Assembly: GCA_963790305.1 (NCBI GenBank)
Contig: CAWBOC010000009.1
Span: forward strand, 956,911 to 1,020,910
Length of the DNA: 64,000 nucleotides
Direction of reading: 5' to 3'
Source: an uncultured Gemmatimonadaceae bacterium
GTDB taxonomy: Bacteria; Gemmatimonadota; Gemmatimonadetes; Gemmatimonadales; Gemmatimonadaceae
The translations under genes were made by a program, and so were the position numbers. The notes beneath the pieces are model-generated. The model did not search any database and was not told where the DNA came from. It saw only the letters and a program-made list of their open reading frames with translations. Numbering within the stretch: position 1 is the stretch's first letter; the number at the start of each line of letters is the position of its first letter. This document shows positions 21,036 to 35,660 of this stretch, piece by piece.

Positions 21036-24000
21036 ATGAAGAACTCGCTTCTCCTATCTCGAAGCCCTCGCCAACCGCGTCCTCATCTATGACGGCGCGA
21101 TGGGGACGAACATCCAGCGGTACAAGCTCACCGCGGAGGATTTCGGCGGGAAGGACCTCGAGGGATGCAACGACAACCTGGTGCTCACCCGTCCAGACGT
21201 CATCCGCGAGATCCACGAGTCCTTTCTCGCTGTGGGATGCGACGTCGTCGAAACGTGCACCTTCCAGAGCACCCCGCGCCGGCTCCACGAATGGGGACTG
21301 GGCGACAAATTTCACGAGCTGAACGTGAAGGCCGCGCAGCTCGCCCGCGCCGCCGCCGACAAGTACGCGACCCCCGAACAGCCACGGTTCGTCGCCGGCT
21401 CCATCGGGCCGACGGGAATGTTGCCATCGAGCGACGACCCGACGCTCTCCGCGATCACCTTCGATGAGCTGAGCGAGAACTTCTATCGGCAGGCGAAGGC
21501 GCTCGTCGAAGGGGGCGTCGACGTGCTGCTCGTCGAGACGGCGCAGGACATCCTCGAGGTGAAGGCGGCGCTGGCAGGATTCGAGCGGCTCTTCGCGGAG
21601 ATCGGCCGTCGCGTCGCCGTCCAGGCACAGGTAACGCTCGACACGAGCGGCCGCATGCTCCTCGGCACCGACATCGCCAGCGCGATGACGACGCTCGAAT
21701 CGCTCCCCGTCGACGTGATCGGGCTCAACTGCTCGACTGGTCCCGAGCACATGCGCGAGCCGGTACGGTACCTCACCGAGCACGCCACGCGTCCGATCTC
21801 GGTGATACCTAACGCGGGCCTTCCGATCAACACCGGCGTCGGCGAAGCGGTCTATCCGCTCGAGCCTGGGCCGATGGCGAAGGCGCTGAGTGAGTTCGTC
21901 TCGGAGTTCGGGGTCCGCATTGTGGGTGGTTGCTGCGGAACGACGCCGGAGCACCTGAAGGAGATCGTGGGCAGAATACGGAATGCGGAAGGCGGAACAA
22001 GGTCGACAACAACCATTCCGCATTCCGCCTCCCGCATTCCAAGGGTCTCCTCCGCGATGAGGGCCATCACTCTCCACCAGGATCCCCCGCCCCTCCTGGT
22101 TGGCGAGCGCGTGAACTCCCAGGGGTCGCGCAAGGTGAAGCGGCTGCTTCTCGCCGACGATTACGAAGGCATCGTCGGGGTGGCGCGCGACCAGGTCGAT
22201 TCGGGAGCGCACGTGCTCGACGTGTGCGTCGCGCTCACCGAACGGGCCGACGAAGCGGAGCAGATGGCGCGCGTCGTCAAGCTGCTCTCATCGACCGTCG
22301 AGACGCCGCTCATGATCGACTCGACCGAGGCCAACGTCATCGAGGCGGCGCTGCAGCGCGTACCGGGTCGAGCGATCGTCAACTCCATCAACATGGAGAA
22401 CGGCCGCGCACGTATCGAGGCGGTGCTGCCCCTCGTGAAGAAATACGGCGCCGCCGTCGTCGCGCTCACGATCGACGAGATCGGCATGGCGAAGACGCGG
22501 CAGCGGAAGCTCGAGATCGCTCGGAAGATCCACGACATCGCCGTCGACGAGTACGGGCTGGCGCCGGAAGATCTCATCTTCGACGCGCTCACCTTCACCC
22601 TCGCCACCGGCGACGCCGAGTGGATCGACTCGGCGACTGAGACGATCGAGGGCATTCGCCTCATCAAGCGCGAGCTGCCGGGCGTGCTCTGCATCCTCGG
22701 CGTCTCCAACGTGAGCTTCGGGCTGTCGCTCGAGGCGCGCTCGGTGCTGAACTCGGTGTTCCTGCATCACTGCGTGAGCGCTGGCCTGGACGCCGCGATC
22801 GTCAACCCGGCGCACGTGACGCCGTACGCCGAGATCTCGGCGGAGGAGCGCGGGCTCGCCGACGATCTCGTGTTCAACCGCCGCGCCGATGCGCTCCAGC
22901 GCTTCATCGGGCACTTCGACGTCGCCGGAAAGCGCGAGGGCGCGCAGGAAGCCGCCATCGACCCCACGGCGACGATGGCGCCTGACGAGCGGGTGCACTG
23001 GCAGGTGCTGCACCGCAAGAAGGAACGGATCGAGGAGGCACTCGACAACGCGGGCGTCCGGGAGAACCCGATTCGTGTGCTCAACGACGTCCTGCTGCCG
23101 GCGATGAAAGAGGTTGGCGACAAGTTCGGCGCGGGCGAGCTGATTCTTCCCTTCGTGCTGCAATCCGCCGAAGTCATGAAGAAGGCGGTGAAGCACCTCG
23201 AGCAGTTCCTCGAGCGCAAGGAAGGCTACACCAAGGGCAAGGTCGTGCTCGCGACCGTGTACGGCGACGTGCACGACATTGGGAAGTCGCTCGTCAACAC
23301 GATCCTCTCCAACAACGGCTACACCGTCTTCGACCTCGGCAAGCAGGTCCCGGTCAACACGATCATCGACAAGGCGGTCGAGGTCGGCGCGGACGCCATC
23401 GGGCTCTCGGCGTTGCTCGTGTCGACGTCGAAGCAGATGCCGCTGTGCGTAAAGGAGCTCGACAAGCGCGGCCTCAAGTTCCCGGTCCTGATCGGCGGCG
23501 CCGCGATCAATCGGCGCTTCGGGCGGCGCGCGCTCTTCGTCGACGGCGAGCGCGCGTACGAGCCGGGCGTCTTCTACTGCAAGGATGCATTCGAGGGACT
23601 CTCGACGGTCGAGTCGATCGTGGATGAAGACCGGCGCCCCGATCTCGTGAAGCGCGTGATCGCCGAAGCACGGGAGGACGTCTTCCTGCGTACGCAAGTC
23701 GGCAAGGATCAGGCGGCGGGGGATGTCGTGGACAGGCGCAGCGATGTGCCCGCCGACAATCCCATTCCCGCGCCGCCGTTCTGGGGTACGCGCGTGTTGC
23801 GCGACATTCCCCTCGACGAGGTCTTCCGCCATCTCGACCTCGACGAGCTCTATCGCCTGCAGTGGGGCGGTCGTGGCTCGGGCGCCGAGTACGACGCGAC
23901 GGTGCGGGACGTCTTCAAGCCGACGCTGGATCGGCTGACCGAAGAAGCGACGCGCGAGGGATGGCTCGTGCCGCGCGCCGTGTACGGCTATTTCCCGGTG

Positions 24001-24611
24001 CAGTCGAACGGCCGTGATTTGATCGTCTATGATCCCGCGGCGTATGGGAGCGATGGCGGCTCGCTGCGCGAGATCGCGCGCTTCAACTTCCCGCGTCAGG
24101 AAGGGCGCGAGCGTCTCTCGCTGGCAGACTATTTCCGATCGACCGAATCGGGCGACGTCGACGTCGCCGCGTTCCAGATCGTGACTGTCGGCGACGAGGC
24201 GACGCGTCGCTTCGAGGCCACCCAGGCACGCGGAGATTACAGCGAGGCATTCTTCGCGCACGGTCTGGCGGTGGAGACGGCCGAGGCGGTCGCGCAGTGG
24301 ATGCACGCGCGCGTGCGGAAGGAGCTGGGACTCCCTGCCGGTCAGGGCAAGCGCTACTCGTGGGGTTATCCTGCCTGCCCGGATCTCGAGGGCCACGGCG
24401 AGCTGTTCAAGCTCCTGCCGGCCCGTGAAGCGTTAGGCATGAGCTACACGGAGTCGTTCCAGTTGCTCCCTGAGCAGAGCACCGCCGCGATTGTCGTGCA
24501 CCATCCCGCGGCCAAGTACTACGTCGTGAGGGCGAATGCGGAAAGCGGAATGCGGAACATAGAGGAAAATCCTTCCGCATTACGCCTTCCGAATTCGTCG
24601 GGGGTTGCGAC

Positions 24612-24615
<4 letters not shown>
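21036..24615 (+). CDS. metH: Cobalamin-dependent methionine synthase
   Basis: DGAMGT, GLNC, GGCCGT, pterin-domain GERVN, B12 motif DVHDIGK, reactivation-domain RYSWGYPACP. Homology extends upstream of the track start (SYLEALANRVLIYDGAMG). ATG 21036 is one base out of frame, probably an indel. Confidence 0.95.
21974..22040. repeat. Heptamer-repeat hairpin element in frame inside metH
   Basis: GAATACG GAATGCG GAAGGCG GAAC...CATTCCG CATTCCG CCTCCCG CATTCC; encodes RIRNAEGGTRSTTTIPHSASRIP. Confidence 0.8.
24533..24597. repeat. Second heptamer-repeat hairpin element, at the metH 3' end
   Basis: CGAATGCG GAAAGCG GAATGCG GAAC...CCTTCCG CATTACG CCTTCCG AATTCG. Confidence 0.78.
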
Positions 24616-26516
<1,901 letters not shown>

Positions 26517-26538
26517 CTCGGCCGCCCTTCAGGGCTAC

Positions 26539-26735
26539 CATCCAGGTTCAAAGTTGGGACGCGGATTACGCGGATGCAGCGGATTGGGCGGATCGTTCCT
26601 GGCGCTGAAAAGCTCTCCTCGCGCAGGAAAAAGCAACTGCTTTTTGCTCCTGTAGAGGAGAGATCGGGACACAAGGAGCAATCCGCCGAATCCGCTGCAT
26701 CCGCGTAATCCGCGTCCCACCTTTGAACCTGGATG
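26539..26735. repeat. 197-bp MITE/REPIN-like hairpin element
   Basis: ~55-bp terminal inverted repeats (CATCCAGGTTCAAAG-x-TGGGACGCGGATTACGCGGATGCAGCGGATT..., 2 mismatches) containing 9-bp units, plus an inner stem CTCTCCTC...AAAAGCA/TGCTTTT...GAGGAGAG. Confidence 0.85.
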
Positions 26736-26793
26736 CCCGAGTGCTGTTGCCGGGGCCAACGTTCGCCCGCGACGAAACTATCTTCGAACGCGT

Positions 26794-27171
26794 ATGAAAG
26801 CCATCCTCCTGATCGACCACGGCTCGGTTCGCCAGGAAGCGAACGACATGCTCGAGAGCGTCGCGGCGCTGGTGAGACAGATCGCCGGCCCCGGCGTCGT
26901 GGTGCAGGCGGCGCACATGGAGCTCGGCAAGCCCACGATCGCCAGCGGGTTTCGCCACTGCGTCGAGGAAGGCGCGACGGAAGTGATCGCGTTTCCCTAT
27001 ATGCTGTCGCCCGGGAAGCACTCCACGCGCGACATCCCGCGACTCGTCGCGGAAGCGGCTGCGGCCTTCCCGGACGTGACCTATCGCGTGACCGACGCGT
27101 TCGGCGTCCACGAGAAGCTCGCCGAGGTGGTTCTCGAGCGCACGGGTGTGGTGACCCCAGCGCACGCATGA
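26794..27171 (+). CDS. Short CbiX/SirB family (sirohydrochlorin chelatase-like) protein
   Basis: LLIDHGS, AHMELGKP, PYMLSPGKH...DIP and FGVHEKL. Confidence 0.85.
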   Translation: MKAILLIDHGSVRQEANDMLESVAALVRQIAGPGVVVQAAHMELGKPTIASGFRHCVEEGATEVIAFPYMLSPGKHSTRDIPRLVAEAAAAFPDVTYRVTDAFGVHEKLAEVVLERTGVVTPAHA

Positions 27172-28335
27172 GCACCGAGGTCGACAGCCGGCACACCCCA
27201 CTCACCATTCTCTCGGAAGAAGAAGTCATGTTCCGCGACGCGGTGGCCGCGTTCGCGGAGGAAGAGGTGCGGCCGCGCGTGCACGCGATGGATCAGGCGG
27301 CCAAGCTCGATTCCGACCTCATCCCCAAGTTCTTCGAGCTCGGCCTCATGGGCATCGAGGTTCCCGAAGACCTGGGTGGCGCCGGCGGCTCGCTCCTCAT
27401 GGTCACGCTCGCGGTCGAGGCGATCAGCCGCGTCGACGCCTCGTCGTCGATCATGGTCGACGTCCAGAACACACTCGCGAACTATCCGATTCTCCGCTAC
27501 GGCACCGATGACCAGCGGTCGCGGTACCTCCCGCGCCTAACGTCGGACACGGTCGGGGCCTACGCGCTCTCAGAGCCGGGCTCGGGATCGGACGCCTTCG
27601 GCATGGCGTCGCGCGCGACCAAGAAGGGCGACCGGTGGATCCTCGACGGCCGCAAGATGTGGATCACCAACGGCGCCGAAGCTGGCATCTACATCGTCTT
27701 CGCGAACGCGAATCCATCGGCCGGGTACAAGGGGATCACGGCGTTCATCGTCGAGCGCGAGTTTCCCGGCTTCTCGGTCGGGAAGAAGGAAGACAAGCTC
27801 GGCATTCGCGCCTCGAGCACGACGGAGCTCATCCTCGACGGATGCGAAGTGCCCGAGGAGAACCTCCTCGGAACGCAGGGCCAGGGGTACAAGATCGCGA
27901 TCGAGACCCTCAACGAGGGCCGGATCGGGATCGGCGCGCAGATGATCGGCGTCTCACGCGGCGCGCTCGACGCCGCAATCGCGCTACGTGCAGGAGCGCA
28001 AACAGTTCGGAAAGTCGATCGCCGAATTCCAGGCGGTGCAATTCCAGATCGCGCAGGCGGCGACGGAGCTCGAGGCGGCGCGCCTCATGGTCTACAACGC
28101 CTCGAGACTAAAGGATGGTGGTCATGCGTTCACCGCTGAGGCCGCCATGGCGAAGCTCTTCTCGTCGCAGGTGGCGGAGCGGGTGACGTCGTTGTGCGTA
28201 GAGCTCTTCGGTGGGTACGGGTACACGAAAGAATATCCTGTCGAGAAATTCTATCGCGACGCCAAGATCGGAACGATTTACGAAGGCACCTCCAACATGC
28301 AGCTGCAGACCATCGCCAAGCTGCTTCTGAAGTGA
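27168..28335 (+). CDS. Acyl-CoA dehydrogenase (short/branched-chain type); frameshift at ~27980
   Basis: [27 protein letters not shown] and LNEGRIGI, then in another frame RKQFGK...GGYGY...[13 protein letters not shown]. Confidence 0.9.
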
Positions 28336-28349
28336 AGATCAACTTCCGC

Positions 28350-28448
28350 AGACGTCAGGTCTCAGACGTCAGGTGTCAGAGTTCAGAAAGGGCACTTTGC
28401 AGTTGAGGTTTCTGACTACTGATTCCTGATGTCTGATCCCTGACGTCT
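28350..28448. repeat. Intergenic hairpin element with ~7-bp TCAG/CTGA periodicity
   Basis: AGACGTCAGG...TCAGA...TCAGA / TCTGA...CTGA...CCTGACGTCT. Confidence 0.7.
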
Positions 28449-28471
28449 TCGGGTTTTAACCTGAGCCAACC

Positions 28472-29979
28472 ATGCGCCTCTTAACGCTGTTCGCCGCCTT
28501 GACGGTCGTTCTGCCCGGATCTGTCCACGGGCAGATCTCGAGACAAGAGTATGCCGCCCGTCGCGACTCGCTGATATCAAAGGTCGGAGACGGCGCTCTC
28601 GTCGTGTTCGGCGCCCGCGAGCCGCAGAAGGATTATCTCTCCTTCTTCCAGGAGCCGAACTTCCTCTACCTCACCGGCGTGCGCGAGCCGAATGCGGCGC
28701 TGGTGATCGTGAAGCGCGGCGGGCGCGCCACGGGAACGATCTTCGTGCAGCCCAACAACCCCGCGGCCGAGGTGTGGACGGGGGCGCGGATGGGACTCGA
28801 CACGGCCAGGGCACGCACCGGGTTGGCCTCCCGGGCATCGGAGGAATCTGATGCCCGTCATCGACTCCCTCGCTGGCGTCGTGCGGACGATCTACGTCAT
28901 CGGCGAGTTCTCGGAGGACGAGGATCCCCTCGAGCCGAGCGAGCAGGGGATGTCGTTCGATCAGGAAGTGATGCGCGCGATCGCTGGGCGTCATGACTCG
29001 CTGGCGTTGAGCAACCTGACGCCGGCCGTGCTCCGTCTTCGCGCCAAGAAGTCGCCGGCCGAGCTCGAGCTCATTCGCACCGCGGTCAACATCACCGTCG
29101 AGGCGCATCGTCAGGCATTCCAGGCGATCGAGCCCGACATGAACGAGTTCGAGGTGCAGGGGCTCATCGAGTACATGTTCCGGCGCAACGGCGCCGACCG
29201 TCCGTCGTTCGCGACGATCGTCGGCTCGGGCCCGAACTCGACGACGCTGCACTACAACGCCGACGATCGCTTCATGCGCGCCGGCGACGTCGTGGTGATG
29301 GACATCGGCGCCTCATATCGGGGCTATGCCGCCGACGTCACGCGCACCGTCCCCGTGTCCGGCACTTTCACCGCCGAGCAGCGCGCGATCTACCAGCTCG
29401 TGCGCGACGCGCAGGCAGCGGCCGAGAAGGCGGCGACGCCGGGCGCCTCGTTCGGATCGATGTCGCAGGCGGCCTCCGAGACGGTCGAGCGCGGCCTCGC
29501 CCGGCTCGGTCTCATCGAGGCGGTGGGCGCGGTGGTCGAAGGGGGCGAAGCGTTATGCGGTCAGGAGGGCGCGACGTGCCCGCAGTGGACGATGTACTAC
29601 ATGCACGGCCTGGGGCACGGCATCGGCCTCGACGTGCATGATCCCGAGCAGGCGTACTACCAGGGCGGCCGGATCAACGTTGGCAGCGCGTTCACCATTG
29701 AGCCGGGCGTCTACGTCCGCTCGAAGCTCCTCTCGATCATCCCCAACACCCCGAAGAACCGCGCGATGATCGCGAAGATCCGCCCCGCCGTCGAGCGCTA
29801 CGCGAACATAGGGGTCAGGATAGAAGATGATTACATCATCACGGCGCAACGGCGTCGAGTGGATCTCTCGAGCCCCTCGAGAGATCAGTGAAGTCGAGGC
29901 GCTGATGGCGCAGAGGTGGGCGGGGGTGCCCGCTCGTAATGCGGAGCTGGTCAGAAATACGAGAAGACAGGGTCAGTAG
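28472..29979 (+). CDS. Xaa-Pro aminopeptidase (M24B); frameshifts at ~28845 and ~29847
   Basis: Signal peptide; FLYLTG, KSPAELE, IVGSGPNSTTLHY, DIGA...DVTRT, HGLGHGIGLDVHD, TIEPGVY and GVRIEDD across three frames. Confidence 0.88.
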
Positions 29980-30088
29980 ACGGCAGAGGCAGAATTCAGA
30001 ATCAGATTCAGATCAGGAACGCGCGGGGAGCGATACTGGCTCCCCGTTGGTTTTCTGATTCTGATTGATCTGAATCTGCCTCTGCCGT
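29980..30088. repeat. Hairpin element with ~6-bp units between convergent genes; probable bidirectional terminator
   Basis: ACGGCAGAGGCAGA...TCAGA repeats / TCTGA repeats...TCTGCCTCTGCCGT, with inner stem CGGGGAGC/GCTCCCCG. Confidence 0.7.
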
Positions 30089-30693
30089 TACGGACTTGAT
30101 CCCCAACCCTCGAGAGCCTTGACGTCAGCCTCCAGCTGTGTCTTGAGCTGGCTGAGAAGCTGCTTCACCGCCTCCGGCCTCGTCTCCACACCGAGCGCGT
30201 CATCGATCTCGTCGATCAGCTCTTTTCGCGTCTCGACGGCCTGATCGATGTAGATCTCATCGAAGTCCGACCCCGCGCGCTGGCGCATCAGGGCCATCGC
30301 GTCCGCATGGCCTTCGACGGGATCCAGGTCCGGCAGCACCGGCGCCACGCCCAGTCGCTGGGCAGTCGCGATCACCGCGCGGCGCGATGCCGCATTTTGC
30401 GTCACCGCCCGTGAGGCAAATTGCCGTACCTGCTCGCTGTCGGTGCGGTCCATCGCCAGCTGGTCGGCTTCCAGCATCGCGTCGTAGGTCGTGTCGAGCA
30501 GCGCGATAATGTTCTCATCGGTGAGCAGGGCGGCCACCGAGCGCGCCGTCGTCGCCGGCGCCGTGTCCACGACGCCCGCGGTCGTGTCGGCAAGGGTCCC
30601 GCGGTCTTCCTCGGTCCGGTCGCATGCGCTCATCACCAGTGTGCCCGTGAGCGCCAGCGTCATCGCCAGCCCGTTCGATTGAATGCGCGTCAT
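30088..30693 (-). CDS. DUF4142-like lipoprotein
   Basis: Lipobox-like MSAC; helical domain LTDENI...VRQFA...GSDFDEIYI. Confidence 0.65.
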   Translation of the reverse strand: MTRIQSNGLAMTLALTGTLVMSACDRTEEDRGTLADTTAGVVDTAPATTARSVAALLTDENIIALLDTTYDAMLEADQLAMDRTDSEQVRQFASRAVTQNAASRRAVIATAQRLGVAPVLPDLDPVEGHADAMALMRQRAGSDFDEIYIDQAVETRKELIDEIDDALGVETRPEAVKQLLSQLKTQLEADVKALEGWGSSP

Positions 30694-30735
30694 CGTTCGC
30701 TCCTGTTGGATGCCGCGTGAGGCAAAAAACGTGCA

Positions 30736-30821
30736 GAGGCGCTAGAGGCGCTAGAAGCGCTGAACGCGCTCGCGCTAGCGTCTAGCGCCTCTAGCGCCTC
30801 TAGCGCCTCTAGCGCCTCTAG
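30736..30821. repeat. Hairpin element of 9-bp AGAGGCGCT / AGCGCCTCT units
   Basis: Tandem units in inverted arrangement; the last unit overlaps the stop codon of the M61 peptidase gene. Siblings at 37153 and 44400. Confidence 0.85.
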
Positions 30822-32621
30822 TTTCCAACCGTCCCCCTCAATATCCCCGACCTAATGCGTGCCGCCTTCGCACTCGCCCCCGACACCGCCTCCATTCGCA
30901 TCTCCACCCTCGCCGCCATCCGCACTCGCGTCTGCAGCGTCAGGTCCTGCTCGCCACGCTTCACCTTGATCTCGAGCGGTGCGCCCTCGCGCGAGCCGAA
31001 TTGCTGCCGAAAACGCTGACCAAAGGTCTGGTCCTCGATCGGGATGTTTCCGATCGAGATCAGCAGTCGCCTTCGCGAACGCCCGCTTCCCCAGCCGCAC
31101 TGGTCGGGTCGACCGCGCTCACGACGACGCCGCCACTCTCGCCCGCCACGGTGCTGATCCCCAGGCGCGGCTCTCGAATCGTGTCGTTCACGAGTCGCAT
31201 GCCACCGAGTGCCAGCGTCGCCTCCCATGGGAAGGGCTCGCGGCCGTCGATGTACCGCTCGCTGAAATCGGCGAAGGATTTGCCGCCCGCCACCTGCGTC
31301 ACGACGCGCCACCAATCCGCGTTCGTGAATCCCTTGCCGCGTTTGAACGACTCGGCATACACCTGTGCCATGACGTCGTCGAGCGACCGGCGGTTGTCGG
31401 TCGCATCGCGGATCATGATGTCGAGCAGGAATCCCGCGAGTGAGCCCTTCGGATAGTAAATGTATCCCGTCCCGTCAGTCGGATGCACCCAGGTCGAGAG
31501 CGATGCGTCCTCCAGCGCGACCGGACGCAGCTCCGTCGACCTCGGTGATCTTGCCGGCGGTGACACCGAAGAACCCGGCCGAATCGATCAGCCCGCCGCG
31601 CACCATCGAGAGGTCGGCGTAGTAGTCGGTGATCCCCTCGCTCACCCAGAGCAACGGCGTCGGCGCCTCATCATCGTAGCGATACGGCCACAGCTCGGCG
31701 GGACGCATGCGCTTGACGTTCCAGGCGTGGAAAACCTCGTGCGCGTACAGCGAGGCGAGGAACGGATTGCCGATCGCGAACGGCGTCACGATGTCGATGT
31801 GCGAATTCTGGTGCTCGAGCCCGCTCGCTCCGCCGTACGAGGAGTCGGCGATCTGCATGACGGTGTACGTTCGGAACGGCGTCTCCTTGAACACCGCGAC
31901 CTGCGGCGGGATCATGCGCTTGAGCCAGTCCCACGCCATGGTCCGCGCTTCTCCGCTGACGCTGCCCGCCGGATACGTCGCGAGGCGCACCCACGTGTCG
32001 GAGATCCGGGTGCTGTCGAGGTCGAACCGGCCGACGAAGAAGGGCATGTCGACCAGGTCGTGATAGTTAGGCGCCGTGTACGTCTTGGGCTGCGGGGCCG
32101 ACGTCATCCCCGTCGCCACGATCCAGCTCGCCGGCGCCTCGACGCGAACGGTCGCCGCGAAATTGAAGCCGCGCCCCTCCGGATAGAGGAAGACCGTCGT
32201 CCCGTTGAACATCGCGAAGTCGGGCCGCGCCCACGCCATGGCGTTGTCGAGCGTATCGGCCAGCACGTCGAAGGTGACCGTCACCCGCCGCCCATTGGCG
32301 CCGTGTACCCGCCAGGTGTCGTGATCGCTCTTGTCCCAGTCGAGCGTCGCGGTCCCGGCGACCGCGGCAAAGTTCGAGACGTACCGGGCAAAGTTGGAGA
32401 TCTCGTACGCCCCCGGGCGTCCAGGCCGGCATGGAGAGAATGACGGGCGTATTCCCCGTCGTCGCGAAGCGCATGGCGACGCGAATGGTGTGCGCGGCGC
32501 CGAGCTGGGAGTCGACGGTGACGGTGTACTGGATGTCGGAGATCGGGGCCGAGGCGGGTGGCTGAGCTGTGAGAGAAGCGAACGGGAGGACGAGCGCGGC
32601 CGCTAGGGCGTAGGATCTCAT
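30818..32621 (-). CDS. M61 family (glycyl) aminopeptidase with PDZ domain; several frameshifts
   Basis: MPAWTPG, NYHDLVDMP, GLEHQNS, AHEVFHAWNVKRMRP, LWVSEGITDYY, YYPKGSLAGFLLD and PDZ motif SAAGEAGV, spread over 4-5 ORF fragments. Confidence 0.85.
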
Positions 32622-32726
32622 GTGTCGGGCGAATTGGAGGTGTGCCGCCGGTGCTGCTCCAAGCAAAGTCTAGCGGGCGCGCGGTGGGCGGGGAACGGGC
32701 GGCCACTCCCGCAAGGATCAAACTGC

Positions 32727-32818
32727 CTTTACCACAGAGGCACAGAGGGCACAGAGGACGGCAAACTGCAGCGCTGCAGTTTGCCGTCCTCTGTGCCCTC
32801 TGTGCCTCTGTGGTAAAG
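32727..32818. repeat. Perfect 92-bp palindrome built on ACCACAGAGG/CACAGAGG units
   Basis: The left 46 bp is the exact reverse complement of the right 46 bp, with no loop. Sibling at 39764-39856. Confidence 0.9.
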
Positions 32819-32849
32819 CAGTTGGGCTCGTCGCGCCACGAGACCAGGG

Positions 32850-32864
32850 TGGCGCAGTTCCTGC
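32850..32864 (+). promoter_or_regulatory. Candidate sigma-54 promoter
   Basis: TGGCGCA-GTTC-CTGC (GG-N10-GC), ~50 bp upstream of the kinase ATG at 32913. Confidence 0.35.
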
Positions 32865-32912
32865 CAATTATGCCTTGTGCGCCATCGGCGGCGCGACGCA
32901 TTCAGCGAATCA

Positions 32913-35143
<2,231 letters not shown>

Positions 35144-35147
<4 letters not shown>

Positions 35148-35512
35148 CCTCGTTTCTGATTCTCGAGGATGACCCGGATACCCAGGTCATCCTGCACGAC
35201 TACCTCGGCACCCTGGGCGGCGACGTCCGCGTAGCGGGAACGGTCGAGGAGGCGCGGCGCCTCCTGACGCAGTCGGCGCCGGAGCTGATGTTGATCGACG
35301 TCGGTTTGCCGGATGGAGACGGGGTGGCTTTCTTGAGTGAGATTCGCGGGCAAGCCGACTTCGGTGGTACGCGGGCGATCGGCCTAACGGCGTACTCGGA
35401 TCCGGTGACGCGAGAGCGAGTGTTGTCGGCGGGCTTCGACGAGGTGTTGTGGAAGCCGGTGGACGGGCAGGACCTGTTGCGAGCGGTCAGGCGGGTCATC
35501 GCGTCTGTCTGA
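35144..35512 (+). CDS. Single-domain response regulator
   Basis: ILEDD, IDVGLPDGDG, LTA and KP. GTG overlaps the kinase stop. Confidence 0.88.
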
Positions 35513-35556
35513 ACTGCGACCCGATTACTCCAGACGGAGAGCAAAAGGCAACGGCC

Positions 35557-35615
35557 TTTTAACGCAGAGGACGCGGAGGAACACCTCTGCGACCTCCGCG
35601 TCCTCTGCGTTAAAA
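35557..35615. repeat. Hairpin element of the ACGCAGAGG family between convergent genes
   Basis: TTTTAACGCAGAGGACGCGGAGG...CCTCCGCGTCCTCTGCGTTAAAA. Confidence 0.85.
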
Positions 35616-35660
35616 CGCCGTGTTGCCCTTGATATTTTTCGAGCGGAGCCTCGAGGGCCG

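Noticed and set aside
22288..24396. 702-aa minus-strand ORF
   Set aside because: Antisense to metH; typical high-GC shadow ORF.
30722..30736. Sigma-54 promoter for the DUF4142-like gene (CTGCACG-TTTT-TTGC)
   Set aside because: It lacks the invariant GG. It would fit only if a base was lost or miscalled, which cannot be shown here.
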